This document shows, one piece after another, positions 34,854-47,100 of a stretch of DNA of 64,000 nt. The position numbers and the translations under genes are program-made. Origin of the DNA: Amoebophrya sp. A120 (Eukaryota > Protista > Dinoflagellata); assembly GCA_905178155.1 (NCBI GenBank), contig CAJINV010000002.1, positions 1,215,809-1,279,808 of the forward strand, written 5' to 3'. Below the pieces are notes generated by a model, which had not been told where the DNA came from, did no database searches, and worked only from the letters and a program-made list of their open reading frames with translations. Within the stretch, counting starts at the first letter, position 1, and each line of letters starts with the position of its first letter.

Positions 34854-36263
34854 CTACGGGCGAATTTGCTCCCCGAGCCGCGCGTTTGGAAGTCCTCGCA
34901 TCTGTGCGGCAACTGCGGCCCTGTACACAGCGTTAGGGCCCGTGGTCACCCCGAGACCTGATTCCTGGATCACTTTGTTAAATTCCCCCTGCAGGTGTGG
35001 CCATTGCTCTCCCGCTGTAAGACGGCGACCAGCTGACTGTCTCGCTGAATATCTGGGACTGGCACTTCGCGATGAGGAGCGACCATGGCGTCCCCGACTA
35101 CCGCTCCGGCTAGAAGACGATGTAACAGTATCACGAGCGGCGTTGTAGGTGGGGACAGCATCGTCATCGCCGTCTGCGTTGTTGAGGGCAACAAGTTTCG
35201 GAGTCAGGGTGTTCCAGAATTGTTCCGTGAGAGACAGAGCGCTAGTTGTATTCTCCCCCTCCTCGCTCTTCTTTCCCGATCCAGACTCTGGGTCTGCATT
35301 TGCCAGAGACGCCATCACACTGTCCCACACTGCTTGAATCACGGGCGCAGCTATGACCTGCTTTCGGTGCGGCTGCTTGAACAAAAAAATGTCTGCGAAG
35401 AACCAGAAGGCTTCCGCTGTCGGCAGCGCATCCCAATATTTCGTTGCCAGCTTCGTTTGCCACGCTCGCAGCAGCTCTTCGAAATTCTGGGGAGGGGGAC
35501 CCTGCGCGTCCGAGGGCAAAATTGCTTCTAGCACTGTTTGAAGAGAAAAGAAGAGCGCGATGAAGACGGCATCGAAGAAGCGCGTGGTCACGACCATCCC
35601 ATAAAGCCGCCAGTCCAAGTTCGGCAATTTTTCAACAGTCACAGGGCTCAGGTTGATATTTCTCCACACTCTCCCGACATGGGCGTAGACCGGCGGATAG
35701 AAGGTCCCGGTCAACAGCGCACCAATCAGGGTCGCGCGGGCAGCACGCTTGAGGTCGTATTTTCCGAGGGTGCTGCTCTGGATGTAGGCAAGAAAGCCAC
35801 CCTCGAAGACGGAGTCAAAGTCATCAGTCTCCTTTGCGAGATCAACCTTGGGCAGTTGCTTCTGCAGCTCGGACAGTGACAAGGGTTGTGCCTTTATCAT
35901 CTCGATAGTTCGGCCAAAATTCTGCATGTACCCACGCAACGGATTCAAGTCCAGCCTCGACGACGCTCCTGCACCACGAGCACTGGTACTAGGGACCGTC
36001 CATGGTGCAGCCGCATGTATTCCGGAAACCTCCTGTCCTTGCTTTCCGCTTGTGATGTGTTGCACAGCTAAGTCACTTACTCCGGCACTGAGACCGTATC
36101 GCGCCATGTTTGTCGCAACCTTACGTGCACCAGCCCAACCGCGCTGCGCTTTCTTCTTTTTCAATTTCAGCTTCTTCCCAAGCGCAACACCAAACTGCAC
36201 TCCTGGCTGCAGCACAGACGTCTGGCTCAACAGGAACACGAGTACAACGTGAACGTGGCGCAT
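34854..36263 (-). CDS. Mpv17/PMP22-family membrane protein; intronless
   Basis: GLSAGVSDLAVQ, YDLKRAAR..LIG, DAVFIALFF, KLATKYW...FW, QVI...IQAVWDSVMASLAN. Confidence 0.8.
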   Translation of the reverse strand: MRHVHVVLVFLLSQTSVLQPGVQFGVALGKKLKLKKKKAQRGWAGARKVATNMARYGLSAGVSDLAVQHITSGKQGQEVSGIHAAAPWTVPSTSARGAGASSRLDLNPLRGYMQNFGRTIEMIKAQPLSLSELQKQLPKVDLAKETDDFDSVFEGGFLAYIQSSTLGKYDLKRAARATLIGALLTGTFYPPVYAHVGRVWRNINLSPVTVEKLPNLDWRLYGMVVTTRFFDAVFIALFFSLQTVLEAILPSDAQGPPPQNFEELLRAWQTKLATKYWDALPTAEAFWFFADIFLFKQPHRKQVIAAPVIQAVWDSVMASLANADPESGSGKKSEEGENTTSALSLTEQFWNTLTPKLVALNNADGDDDAVPTYNAARDTVTSSSSRSGSRGRHGRSSSRSASPRYSARQSAGRRLTAGEQWPHLQGEFNKVIQESGLGVTTGPNAVYRAAVAAQMRGLPNARLGEQIRP

Positions 36264-38042
36264 CTTTTTTTGCGTTTTTGTTTATGTTTTCGAGGCTAAT
36301 TACAATTAGTTTCCAAGATGAAAAAAGGTAGGAGTAAATCAACTCTTGGCTCCGAAGGAGAAGGACTACTTTGACTATTCTTAATGTTAATTTTTGCGAA
36401 CTACAATACTAACAGCGTTTTCAATCTTAGAGGGGGCTGAGAAACTGACAATAGCAATACTTTTACTTCATTGCGCACAATCAATGCAATCACTTTCAGT
36501 TTCACCGTGGTCAGCGCAGCTTCCTCTTGATGAGATGTCGCGCGAGTAGGTAAAGGTAAACGAAAGTTGTAAAGCTTTCAGGCGCGAACGGCTACCGAAA
36601 AAAAGTATAAATAATAAACTTTGGTTTTGATTGCGAGCTGCGCTATGCACACAATGTCAAGGTGAATTCGTTTTCAAAAGGGTCGCTTCTACTCAAGTAC
36701 AGTGGTAGAGGTTTAGCACACAAGATCAAGAGACAGCAGCTGGTAGAAGTTTTTTTGAATCTAGAGTCGATGTCCACTACTAGTGGTCACGAACTCGTCC
36801 TGGTTCATTTCCGGATCAAGAGTACAGAGTACTATATTTGCATTTCGAACAGATCTTCGTCAGGATCCCGAAAGGATCTCAGCACTCCGTGCATTTTCTT
36901 TTTCATCGTTGCAACTATTTTGCTCTGCGCATTCTCTGTTCAGACCGATCTGACTAGGCCTGGAGACCGACTGACCTGATTCCCGTAGGAACTTCTGCAC
37001 GTCTATTGGTAGAGACCAAAACCGACTGCTATCGTGTACAAGAGCATCCAATTTTCTTTCATGCGGTACCGAAAAAATCAAAATGCTGAAAAAGTCACAA
37101 AGAATCGCAAAGCCAAAGTGATGCATTTCAATTTTCAATTTTTTCAATTTCAATTTATTCACGAGGGAAACTCGCGAGACTACAACCCTATTTGTTCAAC
37201 AGAGGAGTCAAAATGAGAGGAGACTCGATCTTTCAGTCCTCGCGCGCGCAGGGACTAGTCGCATTTCATCAATTTCAAGAAACAGGCTTCGGCTTCACAA
37301 AGTACTAGCTCGCACGGGCCCGCTTGCTGTGCGCAGCTTTTGCACCGGAAGTAGTGTTGAGATGACGATGATGTGCTTCTAGAGTCATTTCTTCTTTTGC
37401 TGTGCTTATCATTATTTTGCGTCTAAGTGGCCACGATGAAAGGAAAAGAAGGTACTTAGCCCTGGGAGACGAGGGGAGGATGAGCCTCGTCCTGTGCCTC
37501 GTCCTATGCCAAAACTACCTTTATCTTCTCAAATAGGAAAATTGAAACTGCTGCTCCAGACGAAATTTTTCGTTGATCTTCATTTTCACGTGAAAAGGAA
37601 CGTAGAACTGCTACGTCGATTTTCATATTTGTTTTCTTTTTCTTCGACTTTATTCTTATTGCAAATGTTTCTTTATTCTCAGACAAACAGAGTGTGATAA
37701 CAAAGGAAAACTTCGCCGGTGCGAAAAATTTCGGATTGGTATTGCTATTGTAGATCAGGAGTACACATACAGATACAGGTTTACAACTTGAAACAAAATG
37801 CCAAAACACAAAAGGGTCTACGACAGCTACAAAACGACCCTCCCATCCTTGTCATCCTCCTTCGTCATTACAGTACTGTATTCTCAAAAAAACTTGTCTA
37901 GGACCACTAGCCCCCGCCGCGGGTAAAAAATCTACTTATGCCCATGATCCTGGCACTTCTGGTCCTTTAGCTCGTTTTGCTATTGTCGCGTAAGTATCGA
38001 AGTGAAGTGGAGGTGAAGGTATATAAGTACAAGTAGAAGGCT

Positions 38043-40198
38043 TCACTCGTCTTCGTCTAGCCAAAATCGATTGCTCTTCGCCGCAAGAGCAAGCTCGTCC
38101 GTGCCAATTGTAGATGAAGAAGATGCGCTGTTTGCAGGGGACAATATCGGTGACGACGGTTGATTTTGTGCTCCATCTTCGCTAACATCAAGGCCGCGAA
38201 GCAGGAGCTCGTCCCACTTGCTGCCCTTTCCGAACCCGACTACACTGTTGGTCTTCAGAAACGGCTTCGAAGTAAAATCCGGTTCTTCTCGTGCACGAAC
38301 AGCATAAAGAGTTTCCCCTCCCAGACCGAGAAGTTGTTCTTGTTCTTCGGGCCAAAATTCCCCATCAGAGATTTGTTGCAGCTGCTCCCGATCGGCACTA
38401 CTCCTGCTGCTGAACTCCTCCATCCCGTCGGCCTTCTTCCCGTTGTCCAAAAACGACAAAAAAGTGGTCCACAAAGCGCCGCACGCGCTCGCGAAATACA
38501 CTCGATTTTTCATCGGTAGTTGGTAGGTGATCAAATCCACAAAGTATCAAACGCAAATATGTCTGGGTCTGGAAACTTGTGATGCTGGGTGGCGTATCAC
38601 GAGGAGGCCACAGGTGCTGGCTCAGCATGACAAGTTTCTGAGCTTCTAAGTGTTGCCTATTCTGCATGACAAACTGCGTTTCTGCATGACAGAAAAATGG
38701 CGCGCTTGGGTAACGTGCATGACAGATTTGAGAGTCATGCTAGACAAGCATGACGAACATGCTTCCTTCCAGACCCAGACATATATGCATTTAATACAAA
38801 GCCCCAGAAGACGATGGATTTCTTGCACGCTTCCGGCCACTGGTTGGACAATTTCTCGTCGATTTTGGACTTGCAGGCGTCGGTGAGATGAAAGGGGAAC
38901 TCGTGGTCGAGAAGAAGTGCGGCGTCGAAGGTGGTGTGGTCTGGGGCTGTAGTTCCTGTTGCACTACTTTTCGCTCTACTTCCTTCTTGTCCAGCATTAG
39001 CATTACCGTTCGTACAGAAGTCTTCCACGATGCTCGAATACGTGAAGAAAATCGCCAGGAAAACCGGGTTGACAAGGAATTGCTGTGACAAATTCTTCAA
39101 CACTAACTGCAGCTTCCCGTATTTCAGCAAATTGTTCGTGCCGAACACAATTTCGCTCTTCCAAAACCGCTCCACCACTTCGTAAGCGACCCGGTAATAG
39201 GGTCCGGTCAAACTCGCCCCGACAAAACCCCAACGGAGAGTGCGGGCAAGGTCGAGTTCCTTTTCTGGAGTGATCAGTGTGTTCTTTGCCGGTACGGTAG
39301 CACACACAACCGCTGGCGTTGAGAGAACATCTTCAAGTGGCATCTTCGTAGTTGCAGAGGCAGATGCAGTGGTCAAAGTCGAGCTCGAACAATCTACCGG
39401 CCGCATCATGATGTCTGTACTTCTTTGTGGTGCCCAAACGAGGTGGTCGGCTTGCTTAATCTGTTTGCTCTCACACTCGACGTAGGACTTGGATTTTGAT
39501 TTGCCCTTCCCCCGGCCCTTGTGGCTGACAAGAAAGCACGGATTCGTCGGCAGCACCCGGCTGTAATTGGTACGGTAAACAGTTCCGAAGGATGTTGAGG
39601 GGACGGGAGCGCAACCGGGTGATGGTTGCCCGTCTTTCAGCGCAGGAAGACCGCCTGCGCCCGTCACCTGTGCTAGCCTACTGGATTTTGCAGTTGCACC
39701 AGTGCTAGCTCCTGCTGCTCTTGCTCTTCCTTCATCCCTGGTACTGGTGGAAACAGGAAGGGAAAGTTGCGGTGCGAGTGCGACGGCCGGCGTGTCCGCA
39801 TTGCAGCCGAGCAGGAGTTTTGCGTTTTCTGGATGGTCTTGCAATACACTCAAATATTTCAACTCCCGCTTCTCACACAGCAGCTGGGAAGCGATATCGC
39901 TGCCCGCGGAAAGAGCGCCGTAGGAGAGACCTGCGCGGAGAAGAGAGGACTTTTTGTTCAGCTTTATTCTCGTCACGCCGAGCTTCTTCCCGTTGCATGC
40001 TTGTAGTGGAGTAAAAGTGCCGGTCGTGCTGCTGGAAAACAAGCTGTTACTACAGCAGTCAGAAACTAGGAGCAGAAACGAGAGGAAAACCTTGGCTCTC
40101 TGCAACAGAGCCAAAGCCTTCTGCGAGTGAAAGTCCAAGTCGTACATCTTTTTGAAAAAAAGTGAATGTGCTTTGCGTTTCAAAATTGGGGCAGCCAA
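38043..40198 (-). CDS. Mpv17/PMP22-family membrane protein with one introner intron
   Basis: GALSAGSDIASQ, LDLARTLRWGFVG, QQFLVNPVFLAIFF; splicing out 38545-38796 gives SIVFWGFVDLITYQLPMKNRVYFASACGALWTTFLSFL; start codon uncertain. Confidence 0.85.
38545..38796. mobile_element. Introner, family A
   Basis: TIRs; DR caaag; close relative of 44774-45028. Confidence 0.92.
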
Positions 40199-40866
40199 CA
40201 GTATTTTGAAGAGTTTGTGGTGGTAACTTAGGAGTGTAAGTCAGAAGATGTTTTCACAGACATAATTGGAACAAAAGTAATGATTAGCTAGTTCGCTAGG
40301 GCGAAGACGTCCCCTATGGTTAAAATTTTTTGCAGCGGAAAATTCGTATATACGATGACGTGTAAGTCCCACGGAAAAACGAAAAAATTTGAGAAGCAAA
40401 AATGCCGTTCACGTGGGTACAGAAATTGATGCGTAGCGGTTGCAGGAACGATGTAAAAATTGCCGAACAAAAATCGAAAAACTTTTCGGCGTAAACTAGA
40501 CGTAGACGCAGCCTGTGAGCACTGACACAGGAGTGGAAGAGGATCAAGATGCTGGTGCTTCGTGTAGATCACGTTGGCTCACGTCCTCCTTACTCTGACC
40601 ATATACAGGTCCATGTTAGTTTGACCTCCCAGCACAATTCAGATTTCATCATGTCAAGCATTCATTGATTTGAGGTGCGGGGCGACCTACAGTTCACAGT
40701 TTTAGTTTTTTCAACCTTCATAGCAAACTGTCAGATCCAATAGAGCTTGTACTCGGTGGAAGTCGATCTGATTCTTGATCTAGCCTCGCTCTCATCGCAC
40801 GGGTGTAAAAATAACCAGACACGAGGACCATTTGAATGCGCAGATTTTGTCTAGCGTGCTAAAGCT

Positions 40867-42117
40867 TCAATACTGCTCATCCCCCCGCAAGGTCAAGCTT
40901 CTCAAATCGTGCCGCAATTCCTCGTCCTGCCTCAACTCCACCAGGTCCTCTGTATCCAGCCGCGCCCGCTGTCGCTGCTCGTCATCGGAAGAAGAAGAAG
41001 CACCACCTTCATTGTTCTCATCGTCATCCACGTCCGAATACAACACCCGCGGCCCACCACGATCTCCGTGAAGAAAAACTTGCCCGCTTTCCGACAAATC
41101 ATCTTCATTCGCCTCAATTTGAAATTCCTCTTCGAAATCATCCAGTGGTGCGGAGGTCGGAAGAAAGACTGGAACAGCAGGGCCTGCAGTCGCAGTTGTA
41201 CCAGCGGCTTTCTTCTTCGATGCAGTTGCCCCCACTTTGGATGAAGCTGATGCTCCATTCACCGCATAATTCAACATCCCTGACGACGACGTGGTTACAA
41301 CATTGCTCGGCGCAGCCTGCGTTTTCCGATCCTTCACGACCCCGCCCACCTGGTTCGCGTAGTAGCACCAGGCCGGCTGCGCAATGGAAATCCAGTCCCG
41401 ACCAAGAATTCCGTGGTTTTCTAATAAGCCAGTGCGAATGCTACAAGTCAGCTCCACAACACAGGTGTGGGGGCTCTGAGGCTGCTGTTGTAGTTGTTGA
41501 CCAGTTCCAGTTCCCGGTCCTCCACCAGCTGCCAAAACTGCTTGCTGCTCTCCGTTAAAACTGCCATTTCTCGGAATCACAGATGCCGCGCTGCTAGCCG
41601 GACTCGTCCAAGAGGGGCTGTTAGTTGGAAAATTACTGGAACTGTTGCTCCCAAACGCGCTCAACTCCTCGATCCTAACCCTCGCAAGCTCCCGTTGCGA
41701 TTTTCCATCCGTCGTCTTCACCGTGACCGTTTTTCCCTCCAGCGGTTTCAATTTCAACACCTCAAACGCGTCCACAGGGGACAAGACCGTTCGCTTCGCC
41801 CCGGTATCGACCAACATTTGGCGTTTGATGAAGCCGGTGTTTGTTTTTGAAGGAGGTGCAGGGTCTGTGTTGGTCGTGCTGGCGGACTTGGTTGATTTGG
41901 GGTTTGCTGGGTTTTGCGAGTTAGCAGGAGTGCTGCTGGTTGCAGCCCTAGTGATTCTCACCCAAGCCTTCCACTTTCCGTCGGGCTGTTGCTGCACCTT
42001 GCATTTGCCCCGGTTTTGGACGAGGATGGGCGGTTGCTTTTTCTTCATTGTGATATTGTTTAGCGCTAGACACAGAAGCAGGCTTTTTTCAAAGACGGGG
42101 ATGTATGATGTGCGCAA
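40867..42117 (-). CDS. Retropepsin-like single-domain aspartic protease with low-complexity insertions; intronless
   Basis: MLVDTGAKRTVLS catalytic motif, flap-like TVKTTDG, C-terminal GILGRDWI; start may be MKKKQPP near 42048. Confidence 0.8.
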   Translation of the reverse strand: MRTSYIPVFEKSLLLCLALNNITMKKKQPPILVQNRGKCKVQQQPDGKWKAWVRITRAATSSTPANSQNPANPKSTKSASTTNTDPAPPSKTNTGFIKRQMLVDTGAKRTVLSPVDAFEVLKLKPLEGKTVTVKTTDGKSQRELARVRIEELSAFGSNSSSNFPTNSPSWTSPASSAASVIPRNGSFNGEQQAVLAAGGGPGTGTGQQLQQQPQSPHTCVVELTCSIRTGLLENHGILGRDWISIAQPAWCYYANQVGGVVKDRKTQAAPSNVVTTSSSGMLNYAVNGASASSKVGATASKKKAAGTTATAGPAVPVFLPTSAPLDDFEEEFQIEANEDDLSESGQVFLHGDRGGPRVLYSDVDDDENNEGGASSSSDDEQRQRARLDTEDLVELRQDEELRHDLRSLTLRGDEQY

Positions 42118-42349
42118 ATTACCGACGCGCGAGCTGTTGTCTCAAAGACAGCAATGACTACCAATTTCAAGGATCTGACCCGGCAGACTTTTCTCAACAG
42201 AAATGACACTGCCAACACGGTCACCAGGAAGTCCTCATGAGAAGACACGGAGGAAGCACAATGCTGTCGGACACACGGCTCACAAGAACGGGTCCCATGA
42301 CCTCGAGATGAACCAACATGCGCGCAACCTCGGCGACAAAAGTATAAAA

Positions 42350-44100
42350 CTTTCTTAGAGACACTGGCGGCCATAGAGCTGAGATACGGCGGGCCACGCA
42401 AGCGACTGACACGACGGGAATAAACAAAGCAACCGCCCGCCGGCGGGCTGCAACGGCAAAACCCAGGCTGGGGACCATGATCCGCTCCACCCACCGGGAC
42501 GCGCCCGCGCCGCGCCTAGACAGAAAATGGGCTGGCGGCCACGCACGCGTGCGCGCCGCCTGCCCAGAGTGCTCGCAATCGAGTCGCCGGCCCGTTCGGA
42601 TAACAAGGCCGGGCGGGGGGGGCGGGCGCCGCAAGACAAAAAGAGGCCCCGGGCCGAAGCTGCAGGCCAGAGCCCGACGCACGAACCGGGGCAACGTACG
42701 CGGCCGACGCTCTCGGCCGTCTCTTCAAGGAAACGGACCCGCCGCAGGAGGGGCGCGGATCGCGAAATGTGGGCGCCACAAACAAAGGCCGGGCGGGGCG
42801 GGGGGGGCACGCCACGGGCGGCGAGGCAGGGCGCACAAGCTCGCCGGGCAACCCAGGACCCGGCAAAATGGAAGAACTTGTGGCCCGCCCCGTCGACCAA
42901 CACCGCACGGCCGAAGTCGCCTACGAGGGCAGCCCGCTTGCTGCTCTGTTCGGCTTCTTTGTGGCTGTTCGGCTCTGCGGTGATTTATACCGCCCCCCTA
43001 TGCCATCCGCAAGCCTGGGGCGGCCACCGCCGTGTGTGTCGGTGGCGTGTCGGGATGCGCGCGGGCCGATTTTCGGGCATGCCCGGCATGCGCGGGCGAA
43101 AGAGCGGGCGCGGCCTTCGGCAGTTTGTTGGACCGACCGGCCACACAGGCGGCACGGCGTGCCTCAGCTGCACGACCTTCGGCAGCGCCGTCTTTTCCAG
43201 CTTGCCGACGTGCAAGGTGGTGCCTACGCTCAAACTCTTACCGCCCGCCTCGGTCCCTCGGTCAAATTTGATCGGTTCCGGTCGGGTAAAGATTGGGCGA
43301 CCTTGATAGAATTGAAAACACAGAGGCTATTTAGTACCTTTGTGGGCGGCCTGGTGGTGGTAGATTTTTACGGTGCACCAGCCTGGCACGGCCGGCCGGC
43401 CGCGCATACTAGCACCCGAGGCCGAAGCCGGCCCCAGTATGGTGGGGCGCCGGCGTCCGTGCCCCGCCGAACTGCCGCGCCCCCCCCCCCCCCCCCCCCC
43501 CCCCCGCGGCGGCCCATTGGCCCGCCTCCCCGTCTGGCGGCCTGGCCACCGGCGCCCCGCGGGCGACCACGCAAAAAGGCCCCACCGAACTCCCTCAGGC
43601 AGCCAATAGCCTCGCAGCGGCCCAGGGGGGGGCCGGGACAGAACACGGCACGAGCGACACAGCCCGGCGCAGATCCACCGCGCACGCCGATACCAGCCAG
43701 ACCACACCGGGCGGCGGCCGGCCCGTGCGAGGCGAAGGGAGGCGCTGCCGGTCGATCGTTGCGCGCGCGTTGGCTTGCGCGGCGCTTGCCTGCTCAGACA
43801 GACCGCGCCGGCAGGCCGGCGCCCCCACAATGTTGCCACGCCGGGCGAGCGGACGCAAAGGCCCCGGCTCGGCGCACTCTGTCGCCTCTCTTTAACTTTA
43901 CGAAAGTTGTGGCACGAAAACAACACTCCCTCAGCGGGGTTGGTGTCTGTCTGCACACAGGCCGCATGTTTGTCCAATACTTAGCGCAAGAACATACCGT
44001 CAAAAATGCTGCGACGCTGCCGCCAGCTCTCTTTACGTTGTGGTTTGCGCAAGCGCAACGTGGCCTCAACACGCTCACCAACGCCGCTGCAATCTCGTGA
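42350..44100. other. GC-rich intergenic block, probable uncharacterised insertion
   Basis: Abrupt rise in GC, many ggcc/gcgc motifs, poly-C run ~43479-43505, no credible protein; boundaries unclear. Confidence 0.45.
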
Positions 44101-44188
44101 ATTTTCAAGCAGATTTCGAAATCAAATTTCCAAGACAATTGGATTAGCTAGACTTGTCGCACTATCCCCCAAAATTCAGAATTCCTCA

Positions 44189-47100
44189 CTAACAACTCCT
44201 CATCATTTCCATCGCGCTTTCCATTGCAGATCGTTTCAGCCGCTCTGCCTCGGTTCCCCCCTGCCGTTCAAACTCGTCCTTCCACCGCTTCTTCCACTCA
44301 GACCGCACCGGATCAAGGTTCGGATCCATGCTGCCATACGTGATTCGAGGTCTATTTCCCTTGTTTTTGCTATCCCGCCCGTAGTACGTCGCATCATACT
44401 GCCGCGCCCTCGCCAGGTTTCGTTCCATCAGCCGGCTCTTCACCTTCACCCACTGTCTCTGCTTATACATTGCAAATATGTCTGGGTCTGGAAGATTGTC
44501 ATGCTAGTCTGGGATGACTCTGCACTCTGTATTGCGCGGCCACTAATAGGTCCTCTTGCCTGTCATGCAAAAGCGCAGTTTCTCATGCGAAATACGCATC
44601 ACAGAAGCACGAAAAAACTTGTCATGCTTGGCGGCGCATTACAGGGCACTCATTGTTCACGGACTTGCATCACAAGTTTCCAGACCCAGACATTTTTGCA
44701 GTTGATACTGCTTCTTCATCGACAAAAACGCGTGGTCGTCCTCCCCGAGCTTGTGTAGTTTGAACTTTCCCTTTATCAAATGTAAAAATGTCTGGGTCTG
44801 GAAACTTGTGATGCTGCGTGGCGTCTCATGATGAGGTCACAAATGCTGGCTCAGCATGACATCAAGTTTCTGAGATTCTAGGCGTTGCCTATTCTGCATG
44901 ACAGACTGCGTTTCTGCATCACAGAAAAATGGAGCTCATGGGTAACGTGCATGACAGATTTAAGAGTTATGCTAGACAAGCATGACAAACATGCATTCTT
45001 CCAGACCCAGACATTTTTACATTTGATACCCTTCTCAAACTCCTTATCGACCTGCCGTTCTGTTGGCTGGATCTTGATCCGTTTTGGCTTCTTTATCTTC
45101 TTGTGATGTTGCAGTGCTGCCGCAGTACCAACAGTCGACACGCAAGCGGCTGGTGTTCTATTCGTAGAAGTAATTGTTGCCAGGGCCGACAACAGCCGGT
45201 CCTGCTCGACCGGCCGCAACCTTTCTTCCCAGATTATGGAGCTCTCAAACGTTACATTCTCAACTGTTACATGGGTTTGTGATGCAAAAACAGCAATAGG
45301 GAAAGGGGCGCTTGCAAGTCTCGCATCACAAATTTGGCACAGGTTTAGATGCTGTCTAGCCCTTCGAGAATTTGTCATGCGAATCAGCTTGATAGGCTGG
45401 CGGCTCATGATCATTTTGCATGACAAATCATGTATACAGTTGAGAATGTAACGTTTGAGAATGCCATACAGATACTGAGCTCCGTGAGGATTCGCTGGAT
45501 TTCGAAAACATGGGGAAGTAGGAACTGCTGCGTTCTCTGCTTCATCCCGGCGTCGCGATAGGCGTCTGCGAACGTTCTCGCCTGCTCTTTATCCTGCAGC
45601 CGGATCTTGAAAAGCGACCCCAGTCGGTGGACGAGTCGCTGGATGGATTTCGGGTGGTTATGGAGGTTGATTTTTTTGAAAAAGGGTTGATGTTCGTCCA
45701 TGATTTCTTCGTCGTCGAGGCTGTGGTCTTCTTCATCTTCAAATGAAGACTCCTCGTCGACTTCTACTTCGTGCTGCTCCTCATCCTCACTGCACTTCTC
45801 TGTGCTCCTAGCTTCGTCCTCATTGTTTTCCGCAGACTGCAATAATTCCGAGGAAGATGTAACAGAAGTTCCAACAAGATCGTTTTCGTCATCTTCATCT
45901 CCAACGGCTTCCTGGCTGCTGTTGTCTCCACCATCGCGCAGTGAAGAACGTCTTGCCGATGCTGCACCATTTACATTTTCCACATCTAGCTGTTCGCCTT
46001 CCCGTTCTCTCTCAACCAGCAATGCATGCACCGTTTTCAAAATCTGCAGCAACTCCCCGGTCGCGCACTGGGGAAGAATCTCGCTGATCTTTTCCGTGAG
46101 TCTCTTCGCGTCGGGAGTGTTAGAGCAGTAATGGTAGTTGATGGTATTTGTTTCCCCACAGAACGACGTGGTGGCGATCCCATCTGATGACGCCAGCATC
46201 GTGAAAGCCCGGATGAGGAACAACAGTTGGAGTGGAGGAATGGGGCGGGAGATGACAGCCCTGCGCTCTCCGAAGATAAATTTTGGACTCATCTTCGCAC
46301 GGTTCCCATTCCTGTTTGCCGCCGACCGTTGCAGCTCGTAGACCGAAAAATCTTCAGGTCCTCCGCAGTGCCGGTTCACGAAAGCTTTGAAGAGCTTTTG
46401 TCGATCAGTTCCGGTGAGGACGGAAAAATCTTCTGCATTTGCTCCGGCAAACACCCTCGGACTGGTGAAGAAAAAGACGTCAAGAGCGGAGATAATGTGT
46501 GTTGCGTCCGCCTCGGTGCTGGCGTCTTTCTTGTTCCCCGAAGCAACAAGAATCCTGTAATCCCTATCGTGTACTAGCTTCTTATCGACAAACTCCATGA
46601 TCCTCTTCCGCAACACAAGTTTCGTCTCCAAAGAGAGGATTTTTTCATTCAGACACCCGATGAGGCACAGCTTCTTCAGGTCGTTCACCTTCAAAATGCT
46701 CGGGTTCTGCACAATTTTCGCCGGTGGACACAAAAACTTCCGCACGGGTTCTTCTTGAACGCCCGACATTGCGTAGAGTTTCAAAGCGGTGATCCGGCTG
46801 CGCCAAGAAATGAGCGGAGGGGGAATAGTACAGTCTGCTCGATTTCTAGACGATGTTGGTGAAGTAGACACGCTACAAGAACTGCCGTATGTGATCAGTC
46901 TTCGGAAGAGTTGCACGAGTAAAAATTGCCTGCGCATCTTCAAATCCTCGATGAAGGTTGATAAGAGGGAGAGCAGGGTTTCGGGCTTCAAAACCCTATG
47001 GTCGTGAGAAGGGCGGGAGCTCTCGCCCTCGAGGACATCATCGCTCCTGCCGTAGAAGTATTCCCCGTTCGCAGTCACGTTGGCACACGACACCAAGTCC

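Noticed and set aside
42477-44100. Long plus-strand ORFs (443 aa, 259 aa)
   Set aside because: Pro/Arg/Ala/Gly-rich frames open in several phases, typical of stop-poor GC-rich DNA; no domain motifs.
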